UHGV virus genome: UHGV-0210678
Source of the DNA: a virus
Direction: 5' to 3' (one strand)
DNA length: 42,848 bases
The notes under the pieces are model-generated. The model did not search any database and had not been told where the DNA came from. It worked only from the letters and a program-made list of their open reading frames with translations. The position numbers were made by a program, and so were the translations under genes. Of the stretch, positions 36,232 through 42,848 are shown one piece after another. Each line of letters opens with the position of its first letter. Position 1 is the first letter of the stretch.

Positions 36232-36667
36232 GATAAATATTCAGGTCTTCTAGGTAATAGCTCTGTGCAAACTGTAGCATTGCCAATGGCTTCCAGCGGT
36301 CAAAATACTGAGTCTTGCTGTAGCCAATATCCATGTAGCACATCGTGTCGCTGTAACCTTGCAAATATAGCCGATCTAATATCTCCTGGCACTCATGATC
36401 ACAGCGAGCCATGGCCTGAATAGTCTGTCGGACAATCTGCTCTGCATACAGGCGGCGTGTAATCCGATCCTCGGCCGAGTTACCAGCTGGGGACGACTTA
36501 GGCATGCCATCCATGCTAGGCGATTTTAAATCAGCGACCGAATGGCCGGACGCCCGAACTGCTTGCGGTAACTTCTTATCCAGGAACCGCCGCACCTGTT
36601 TAATTGTTTTCTCCTGGTCAATTGGTGGAAAAATTTCATCTGAAATAACTTGCTGTTCGCCCATCAT
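36206..36667 (-). CDS. arpU: ArpU-family late transcription activator
   Basis: KSPSMDGMPK motif; C-terminal HTH (IGYSKTQYF..ALQFA-like); upstream of the packaging region. Confidence 0.9.
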   Translation of the reverse strand: MMGEQQVISDEIFPPIDQEKTIKQVRRFLDKKLPQAVRASGHSVADLKSPSMDGMPKSSPAGNSAEDRITRRLYAEQIVRQTIQAMARCDHECQEILDRLYLQGYSDTMCYMDIGYSKTQYFDRWKPLAMLQFAQSYYLEDLNIYQNRTQTGL

Positions 36668-36686
36668 GCGCCCCTCCGCTTTCGTA

Positions 36687-36811
36687 TGCTATAATTAATT
36701 TTGTAGGAATTAGTTGTAGCGCAATCAGCATTGGCAGCGCCTTTTATATGTTATACTTACAACGGTCATTCGAGTGGTCCTGTGACTGGTCGCCCTAGTA
36801 GGCGGCTTTTT
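36687..36811 (+). ncRNA. Tandem candidate antisense sRNA units upstream of arpU
   Basis: TGCTATAAT at 36687 and TGTTATACT at 36749; terminator GGTCGCC/GGCGGCT-TTTT. Confidence 0.5.
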
Positions 36812-36913
36812 GTTTACTCTCGCGATCACTCAACTCCATAATGTCAGCAATGAAGTCCTGACCAATTTGTGCCTGTTGCTCAGTTGTCAGTGCCACGCTC
36901 TAAACTTAATCAT
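36795..36913 (-). pseudogene. Deletion scar: YopX-like N-terminus joined to the C-terminus of another gene
   Basis: RBS then MIKFRAWH* (36913-36887), overlapping an out-of-frame VALTTEQQAQIGQDF...AAY*. Confidence 0.55.
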
Positions 36914-37103
36914 CGTCACCATCTCCAACCAAATCATCTAGCTCGTTTATTGCTTGTTTAACTCCATCAGCGGTTGCAGGCATTCTTAAATCCATCCAGC
37001 CTTCGTAATCTTTAACCAATCTCCTACGCAACTCTTGCATTCCACTATCCATTCGCCGGTGCTTCCGTGTAATCGTTGAACGCTTCTTAGTGTGTTTAGG
37101 CAT
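36906..37103 (-). CDS. Hypothetical protein (MPKHTKKR...)
   Basis: GGAGG RBS; overlaps the rusA end. Confidence 0.65.
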   Translation of the reverse strand: MPKHTKKRSTITRKHRRMDSGMQELRRRLVKDYEGWMDLRMPATADGVKQAINELDDLVGDGDDD

Positions 37104-37476
37104 CTTCGTCCTCCGTGATTTCATCTATTTCTACTCTAGGATTTCGTTTATCAACGGCAAATTCGTCCTGGAATCCTGTGATGTGCTTTCGATTGTCGTT
37201 GCCTAAAAGTCCAACCTTCATAAAGCCGTCCAGCACAAACTTTTTAGCAAACGCGATATTATCCGCATCTTTTCGGTTGTTCTTCGTGTACCACGTAAAT
37301 TTAAGCTTGCAAGGCCAGCTGAATTCGACTCCAGAATTTCGACTAGCCCGCGCATATACACTACATAAGGCCGTGTACCGCTTCTTTAGGTTAGCTGCGG
37401 CGTATCTGTTGGCCCGTTCAGCCTTGATGTACTCATTTAAGCTAGGTAGTTCACCCTTGATCACAACTTTGCTCAT
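37096..37476 (-). CDS. rusA: RusA Holliday-junction resolvase
   Basis: PSLN, DADN...K...D.....G...ND and PRVEI motifs. Confidence 0.9.
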   Translation of the reverse strand: MSKVVIKGELPSLNEYIKAERANRYAAANLKKRYTALCSVYARASRNSGVEFSWPCKLKFTWYTKNNRKDADNIAFAKKFVLDGFMKVGLLGNDNRKHITGFQDEFAVDKRNPRVEIDEITEDEDA

Positions 37477-37991
37477 ACTTTCGGCACCCGGCTAATGTAG
37501 TAGCCATTAACGATCCCGTTAGACATACTGGCCTGTCTAATGGAGAACTCTGGGGCGTCAATCCTTTTACATAATCGTGCCAGTGTTTGATAGGCGATCA
37601 CTTCATCAGGATTGTTATACTTCTCAGCACGCCAGTAATCGTTAGTCAGTGGCAGGCTGTATTTGTGGACTAAATCCTTTACCCGCTTAAGCTCAATCGA
37701 CGTACTTTCGGATATTTGTCTGAGAGAATGTTTGCCATGCTTATGTGCTTGCCGAATGGCTTTAATATCTTCACGTTCTCCCTGCTTCGGATCTTGTTTC
37801 ATACTGGCTAGGTAGGCCGCATCACTGCGTACCTTAGTCCCAGGCTTAACCAGTCTAACCGGGAACGGCCATTCGCCAGATTTGTAGTTATGTTGCGCGA
37901 GCTTAAACATTTCCGGTTCTGGACCGATTGCTAGTGGGTGATCGATATCGGGTAGATCAGCGTTAATTACTAGCACCTGTGTTTCAGTCAT
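37473..37991 (-). CDS. Hypothetical protein with central HTH-like segment
   Basis: ATGA-coupled; SLRQISESTSIELKRV. Confidence 0.7.
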   Translation of the reverse strand: MTETQVLVINADLPDIDHPLAIGPEPEMFKLAQHNYKSGEWPFPVRLVKPGTKVRSDAAYLASMKQDPKQGEREDIKAIRQAHKHGKHSLRQISESTSIELKRVKDLVHKYSLPLTNDYWRAEKYNNPDEVIAYQTLARLCKRIDAPEFSIRQASMSNGIVNGYYISRVPKV

Positions 37992-38275
37992 GCGCTCACC
38001 TCCGTTTGCAATCCTTGTCTAGCTTGCTCTAGATCAATAAAATACTCGGCTGGCTTACCCCAACATTGGGTCAAATCAAAATTTAAGCCATCCCGCTGAT
38101 ATTCAATAATTAAAACCTCGAGTGCAAATAGCTTGTACTCATGAGCGCACACCTCATCTTGTGCACTACCACCGGCCTTTAAATGCCGCTTCATACGCTG
38201 CTTAGTCCAATGCAGTGCCGATGATTCATAGGCATGATTAGCGGCTAACTTGACTAATTGATTACCCCAATTCAT
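37988..38275 (-). CDS. Hypothetical protein downstream of the initiator
   Basis: ATGA-coupled ORF. Confidence 0.7.
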   Translation of the reverse strand: MNWGNQLVKLAANHAYESSALHWTKQRMKRHLKAGGSAQDEVCAHEYKLFALEVLIIEYQRDGLNFDLTQCWGKPAEYFIDLEQARQGLQTEVSA

Positions 38276-39204
38276 TTAGCTTCCTCCTGACTGTTCACGA
38301 GCGCTAGGAAATCCTCATCACTCATATCGTCCTGCTGGTTATCGCTTGAGTTTGGCTTAGAATCCGCCTGAGAAGCGCCGTTTTGCATCCACTTTGGCGT
38401 AACTTCTTTACGGCCGTTTGATGCCTTACCCTTTGGCTTAGGCGGTGTCATATCGTATTCATCCATCCAGCCTCGACCACCCAGCCAATTTTCTAAGCTT
38501 TTGGTGTAATACTCACCCGTGCCATGTAGCTTTAAATAAGCCTTATACTCGTTAATCTTAGCAACAATGGTCTCTAAGCTAACCCCCTCAACCTTGGCTG
38601 CATAATAAACGTCATAAGCTTTTTGAAAATCACGCTTTTTCGGGTAGATGGACCAAACCTGTTCAGTAAACTCTTGTTGAATGCGATCACGAGGATCACG
38701 CGGTTGGGTTTTATTTGTTTTGTTATTATCTGATTTACTCTGTTCTGATATACTATGGGGATTGTCAGTGTTGTTTACTTCGTTTCCAACGTTGGAAACC
38801 CCGTTATCAGTATTGGAAACCCGTGGTAAACGATATTTATTAAGAATTGAGCTATCTTTCTTCTGCCGAGAAGCTAATTTATAGTTCTCTTGAATTCGCT
38901 TAGACGTTAAGATTTTTTCTTGCTTGAACATCTCAGCGTCGAAAAACCCTACCTCACTTGCTTTTAAAACCACGTCCTGTACTGCGCTTTCCTTGGCACC
39001 AATATCATCAGCCACCAAGAACCGCATATCAGCATCCCACGTCATGTAATACCCTTCATCTTGATAAATATTACAGAGCAGGCAGATTAGTACAGCAATC
39101 GATTGGTTTCCACAAGCACGCATGATTTTACGGACCTTAATGTCACGCAGAAAATCTACATCTAAGTTGAAGTAGTCAATTCCCTTCTTAATTGGACGGG
39201 CCAT
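38272..39204 (-). CDS. Replication initiator (DUF4373/Lin1244-like N-terminus)
   Basis: MARPIKKGIDYF..DVDF..D.K..IY..GYY..LTS.RIQ; C-terminal WSIYPKK..WL. Confidence 0.88.
   Translation of the reverse strand: MARPIKKGIDYFNLDVDFLRDIKVRKIMRACGNQSIAVLICLLCNIYQDEGYYMTWDADMRFLVADDIGAKESAVQDVVLKASEVGFFDAEMFKQEKILTSKRIQENYKLASRQKKDSSILNKYRLPRVSNTDNGVSNVGNEVNNTDNPHSISEQSKSDNNKTNKTQPRDPRDRIQQEFTEQVWSIYPKKRDFQKAYDVYYAAKVEGVSLETIVAKINEYKAYLKLHGTGEYYTKSLENWLGGRGWMDEYDMTPPKPKGKASNGRKEVTPKWMQNGASQADSKPNSSDNQQDDMSDEDFLALVNSQEEAK
38700..38830. other. Probable replication origin within the initiator gene
   Basis: 18-bp palindrome GTTTCCAACGTTGGAAAC (38782-38799), repeated TTGGAAACCC and TTRTCAGTRTTG, adjacent AT-rich tract. 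Confidence 0.6.
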
Positions 39205-39293
39205 TTCGCACCTCCTGTCCTTACTAATGGGCCTTTCACCCGTTCGGTGGATTCAGTCACTGCTGCATTCAAGCCAATTCGAATGTCATTTGA

Positions 39294-39689
39294 TTAAAAT
39301 GGTAGATCGTCGTCGCTGATAGTGATTTGGTCACTAGCACTTGGTGTAGCTTGCTTGTGTGACGGTTGTTGCTGCTGGCCCTGATTACTCATTCGTTCTG
39401 GCAGGTCAAAGTCTGTAACGTTGACTCCCAACTGCGTTTGGCCGTTGTATTCATCAACTTCAAACGTACCTGTTACCAGAACGTGATTTCCTTTATGGAA
39501 ATATCGCTCAATCGTTCCAGCCCGCTTACCCCAGACCGCACATCGAAACCAGTCAGTGCCATAGTTGCCTTGATCATCCGGGCGATTCTGTCTTACTGCT
39601 AAACTAAAGTTAGCAACTTGCATACCGCTTTGCGTTTGTCGCACTTCGGGGTCCTTACCTAAGTTTCCCGAAATAGTGATTTGTCTCAT
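39294..39689 (-). CDS. ssb: Single-stranded DNA-binding protein
   Basis: GNLGKDPE..F.LAV..TDW motif; acidic DDDLPF tail. Confidence 0.95.
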   Translation of the reverse strand: MRQITISGNLGKDPEVRQTQSGMQVANFSLAVRQNRPDDQGNYGTDWFRCAVWGKRAGTIERYFHKGNHVLVTGTFEVDEYNGQTQLGVNVTDFDLPERMSNQGQQQQPSHKQATPSASDQITISDDDLPF

Positions 39690-40333
39690 GCTGATTGGTC
39701 CTCCTTGTCAACGTACGAATCTAATTTATTAGTAACCAACTCAATTAACGTGTTAGCACTACTGTGTGTCAGCTTATCAACGCTGCCAACCTTCTTGAAG
39801 TAAGCTTTAGCAACAAATTCCTTATCCTTGTTTGTCACACCCGCCAGAGCTTCAAACAGTCTGTCTAGGCGGTCCTTTTGCTGGCTATTAATAAGCGGCT
39901 CACCATCAGTTGCATTGCTGTCAGTTGTATCCGGATCTTCTTCCTGGTCAGTGATGTTAAACAGCTGTTTGTAGAAGTACTTCTGAGCACTCGTACAAGC
40001 TTTAGCCATCGCTTTCTCACCGCTATCTTGGCCACTTCCGGGCATTGAACCTGTCTGTGACTCTGAACCGTCTGTGATTAAGAACGTCCCCATGACGTCA
40101 ACAAAGTGGTTTGAACCGCCCTTCTTGCTGGCTTTATCATATTGATTGATAATCTCGTAGTTCGGGATAATTCGAATTCCAACACCTTGGATTGCGTGCT
40201 CAACCGCAGCTTTGATAGCTCCTTCGGATTGAAATTCATAGTTCTGGAAACTATTCTTACCGTCTTTATGAACCGCGCCAATTGACTTAGCAGCCTCATT
40301 AAGTTTCTGCATCAGATTAAGCTTCTCATTCAT
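39686..40333 (-). CDS. ERF-family single-strand annealing protein
   Basis: KDGKN.FQNY; GQDSGEKAMAKACTSAQKY...LFNI..EEDPD. Confidence 0.88.
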   Translation of the reverse strand: MNEKLNLMQKLNEAAKSIGAVHKDGKNSFQNYEFQSEGAIKAAVEHAIQGVGIRIIPNYEIINQYDKASKKGGSNHFVDVMGTFLITDGSESQTGSMPGSGQDSGEKAMAKACTSAQKYFYKQLFNITDQEEDPDTTDSNATDGEPLINSQQKDRLDRLFEALAGVTNKDKEFVAKAYFKKVGSVDKLTHSSANTLIELVTNKLDSYVDKEDQSA

Positions 40334-40335
40334 CC

Positions 40336-40848
40336 TTAGTCCTCCTTAGCTTTTACGGAAATTTTGGGCTTCTTGAGTGACCCGGAGTATCCTGGCAGAG
40401 CCTTAAGGTTTGAGTCCATGATCTTCCCATCAGGGGTTACATAGAGCTCTCCACTTGCTAATCGATTCTTGATTTCCGTTTCGTTTACACTCCGGGTCGT
40501 CTTGATTAATGTATCGTCAAAGCGTTCAAAGACTGCTGTAAGCTCTTTGGGTGTCGCGTCCTTATCTCGTTCAAGGTTCCAGTTACGAGACGTACTAGGG
40601 TTAACGGTGCCCATTTTGAAGCGAAAGAACTCAGTATCAACTTGTTCTTGATCACCCATTGCCATTCGCTGTAATTCTTGTAGTTGGTCAATTTGATCAT
40701 CTACCGTCTTGATGGCCTTTCGATACTTATCAACTTCCATTTGCGGTTTTAGCATGGCCTTTTTAAAAGCCTTCTTATCTCGGGTAGCCTGCTCAAGCTT
40801 GGCTTCCATTTCATCAAGCGTCATGCCCACAGTTTCTTCTTTAATCAT
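40336..40848 (-). CDS. Gam/gp157-like coiled-coil protein (possible nuclease inhibitor)
   Basis: Coiled coil, located just upstream of erf; IKTTRSVNETEIK motif. Confidence 0.6.
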   Translation of the reverse strand: MIKEETVGMTLDEMEAKLEQATRDKKAFKKAMLKPQMEVDKYRKAIKTVDDQIDQLQELQRMAMGDQEQVDTEFFRFKMGTVNPSTSRNWNLERDKDATPKELTAVFERFDDTLIKTTRSVNETEIKNRLASGELYVTPDGKIMDSNLKALPGYSGSLKKPKISVKAKED

Positions 40849-40972
40849 TCTCATCGTCCTCCTCATCAGCAATGACGCCACTTTCAATCAGCTCTTCCTC
40901 AGTAGGTTCATCATCACGCCAGCCTTCCACAGCTTCTTCTTGGCCAATTAACCAGCTATCGTAGCCGTTCAT
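40841..40972 (-). CDS. 43-aa acidic protein
   Basis: GGAGG RBS, MNGYDSWL...; very Asp/Glu-rich. Confidence 0.65.
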   Translation of the reverse strand: MNGYDSWLIGQEEAVEGWRDDEPTEEELIESGVIADEEDDEND

Positions 40973-41145
40973 TTTGCCCACCTCCGTATTAACATGACCA
41001 ACCATTGTCTTAGTGACTGTTTCGGAGTACAATAGAACTCGAAAATAAAATTAGTAAGCGTCTTTGCTGCACGGGTACTCCCAATACTCGAGCAGCTTTT
41101 TTCGTACTCAAATTTAGGCTTTAGCGATACTTTGCGTACTTCCAA
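40969..41145 (-). CDS. Hypothetical protein
   Basis: AAGGAGG RBS then TTG at 41145. Confidence 0.5.
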   Translation of the reverse strand: MEVRKVSLKPKFEYEKSCSSIGSTRAAKTLTNFIFEFYCTPKQSLRQWLVMLIRRWAK

Positions 41146-41242
41146 TTCGTTCGACCTCCTTAAATGTGTCAAAAAGATTATTCAATTCTTCAATTGTGAT
41201 TTGCTTGTAAAGCACATTTCCAATCCTGAACGTGAATTTCAT
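41114..41242 (-). CDS. 42-aa hypothetical protein (MKFTFRIG...)
   Basis: AAGGAG RBS; open frame to TAA at 41114. Confidence 0.5.
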   Translation of the reverse strand: MKFTFRIGNVLYKQITIEELNNLFDTFKEVERIGSTQSIAKA

Positions 41243-41255
41243 CGTCTTCATCTCC

Positions 41256-41339
41256 TTAAATTCCAAACCAACTAGCAACCTCATGACGCTTGAACCACAA
41301 TGCCGTTAACGCGCAGCCTACTATTGCTCCTTCAATCAT
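41256..41339 (-). CDS. 27-aa hydrophobic peptide (MIEGAIVGCALTALWF...)
   Basis: AGGAGG RBS, ATG 41339, TAA 41256. Confidence 0.55.
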   Translation of the reverse strand: MIEGAIVGCALTALWFKRHEVASWFGI

Positions 41340-41351
41340 TGCTATTTCCTC

Positions 41352-41864
41352 CTAGCCATTTTCTTGGTTGACTTTATCGATTACTTCCTGCAATTTATCC
41401 ATTGGGATACCGGCATACTCAGCCTTCTTAGCCAAATCGGTTATCTCGGCGCTAATCTCTTCTGCGTATTCACGTGGATAGCGTTCAATAACTAGTTGCT
41501 GCGCTGGTGTCCGATCTCTCGGCTTGACTGTAATAGCTTCTTCAAACTCAGCCTCAATTCTTTCTCGCTGACGCTGTTCCTTTTTCTGTTTCATCAAAGC
41601 CGAGAACATATCACCTTGTAGCTGACGATCATTCTGGAATGACAGCACGCCGAAATTCTCACGAGCACCAGAATAATTAAGCCAAAAATCGTTAATTACT
41701 TTTGCTAACGACTTCCTTATTTGTGAATCAGTGCTTCTTGATCCACTCTTCAACCGAGACAATTGTCCGGGAGAAACATGCGTCCTATCTGCAATCTGCT
41801 GCTGTGTTAGTGTTTTATCTCTACCTAATGCCAATGACAATTGCTCTGCAAACTTGTTCTTCAT
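41352..41864 (-). CDS. XRE-HTH transcriptional regulator
   Basis: LTQQQIADRTHVSPGQLSRLKSG. Confidence 0.85.
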   Translation of the reverse strand: MKNKFAEQLSLALGRDKTLTQQQIADRTHVSPGQLSRLKSGSRSTDSQIRKSLAKVINDFWLNYSGARENFGVLSFQNDRQLQGDMFSALMKQKKEQRQRERIEAEFEEAITVKPRDRTPAQQLVIERYPREYAEEISAEITDLAKKAEYAGIPMDKLQEVIDKVNQENG

Positions 41865-41931
41865 ACCTACACCTCTGTATTTTGGAAAGGGCTTTATATC
41901 GCCTTTCCACGTAATTCACCTATAATTTAAA

Positions 41932-42237
41932 TTAATCGGGATGATCTAATAAGTAATCCATCATCTCAGCTGCTGGAATCTGCCAGCCGTTATGGGTATT
42001 CACATAATCAATGAAGCCACCCTGTTCAATATCCAAATCATGGCGATGCTTGGTTAAATATCGTGAGGCTCGTTCGGTTGATTTAGTTCCGTATTTATAC
42101 TTGGCCAAATCTTTAAGCTTCCAAGTACGAATACCACGCTGTGCTTGCTTCCAGGATTGGAACCTCTCGTATTCTTCTTCGCTAATGAATTGGAATCCCT
42201 TTGGAGCCTCATGCCGAATCAATATCGTATCTGACAT
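41932..42237 (-). CDS. DUF771-like (excisionase-like) DNA-binding protein
   Basis: TWKLKDL..LDIEQGGFI.Y..GW.I.A..M motif; early operon position. Confidence 0.7.
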   Translation of the reverse strand: MSDTILIRHEAPKGFQFISEEEYERFQSWKQAQRGIRTWKLKDLAKYKYGTKSTERASRYLTKHRHDLDIEQGGFIDYVNTHNGWQIPAAEMMDYLLDHPD

Positions 42238-42248
42238 GTTCGCACCTC

Positions 42249-42419
42249 CTAATATGAAACTGACATAAGTTGGCTAGCTTGCTCGTTATACTCGGCCGTT
42301 ACCGCTCGGAATTCAGCATCTAGTGCTTTATCGCTTAGTGCCTCAAACATTACTCTTGGTGTTTCTGGTTTAACCTTTGCTAGTGCATTGATTAATGTAG
42401 TTCGTGATAGATGTGTCAT
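42249..42419 (-). CDS. 56-aa hypothetical protein (MTHLSRTTLINAL...)
   Basis: AAAGGAGG RBS; ATGA overlap with the cro-like stop. Confidence 0.7.
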   Translation of the reverse strand: MTHLSRTTLINALAKVKPETPRVMFEALSDKALDAEFRAVTAEYNEQASQLMSVSY

Positions 42420-42682
42420 TTTGCCGCCTCCTTTGTCAATTTGTATGCTTTCGCCGATATGATACGTTTAGTATCATTATCTGGTAAAAAAATATCAGGA
42501 AACAAAATTTCTGGTTTAACCTCAAAAAGATATGAAAATTTAGCAATTAATTTGCTACTAGGGTTGCGCGATCCATTTTCTATGCTTCTGACAGTTATTT
42601 CCGCAACATCAAGTAATTTTGCAACACTATTTTGAGACCAACCATTCCTATTTCTTTCTGCAATAAGTCGTTCACGCTTCAT
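42416..42682 (-). CDS. cng: Cro-like repressor, phi-g1e Cng-like
   Basis: GGAGG then ATG 42682; 88 aa; XRE HTH; divergent from the CI-like gene. Confidence 0.88.
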   Translation of the reverse strand: MKRERLIAERNRNGWSQNSVAKLLDVAEITVRSIENGSRNPSSKLIAKFSYLFEVKPEILFPDIFLPDNDTKRIISAKAYKLTKEAAK

Positions 42683-42827
42683 TTTTGCACCTCCAAACCC
42701 GATACATATCGTATCAACAACTATTATAATAAACGATACTTTAAGTATCGTCAAGTGTTTTTTGAAACTTTTCGTATCATGGATTGAAACCGATACGCAG
42801 TGTATCTATACTGATACATATAATATC
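42461..42827. promoter_or_regulatory. Genetic switch: six GATAC-N5-GTATC operators and divergent promoters
   Basis: Boxes at 42461, 42701, 42735, 42764 (GAAAC variant), 42792, 42813 (ATATC variant). TTGACG-17-TATTAT on -, TTGAAA-17-TATACT on +. Confidence 0.88.
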
Positions 42828-42848
42828 CATTAAGAAAGGAGCGTTACT

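Larger units (their letters stand above)
1..42848. mobile_element. Complete temperate siphophage genome (circular/excised form)
   Basis: All phage modules present, no host genes, window end joins the start (RBS to ATG), attP-like region internal. Confidence 0.93.

Noticed and set aside
41126..41140. Possible extra GATAC box (GATAC-TTTGC-GTACT)
   Set aside because: Two mismatches in the right half-site and no associated promoter.

Overview
This window is a complete, circularly permuted temperate siphophage genome of the Lactiplantibacillus phi-g1e/A118-like type, about 42.8 kb. It starts at the repressor ATG, and the last bases are that gene's RBS. An apparently intact attP follows the integrase. 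The + strand carries the lysogeny module: repressor, ImmA-like peptidase, a run of lipoprotein/membrane cassettes, a tRNA-like RNA array, a ParA-led three-gene operon and the integrase. The - strand carries cro/early genes, replication/recombination, ArpU with its late promoter, packaging, head, tail and lysis genes, plus morons including a GNAT toxin-antitoxin pair. Four signals stand out. (1) Three tRNA-Gly-like scaffolds (3804-4354) keep covarying acceptor, D and T arms, but each anticodon arm is replaced by a different 37-43 nt insert with anti-Shine-Dalgarno-like sequence; they are interleaved with tiny ORFs and followed by a real tRNA-Gly. (2) A further tRNA-like element lacks an anticodon arm altogether. 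(3) Matched -1 frameshift/pseudoknot signals at the ends of the major capsid and major tail genes would append a 21-aa peptide homologous to the C-terminus of a possibly circularly permuted FN3-like protein. (4) The ParA operon ends in a HEPN-like gene and is a candidate defence system. All family calls come from motif recognition and synteny; no database searches were run.
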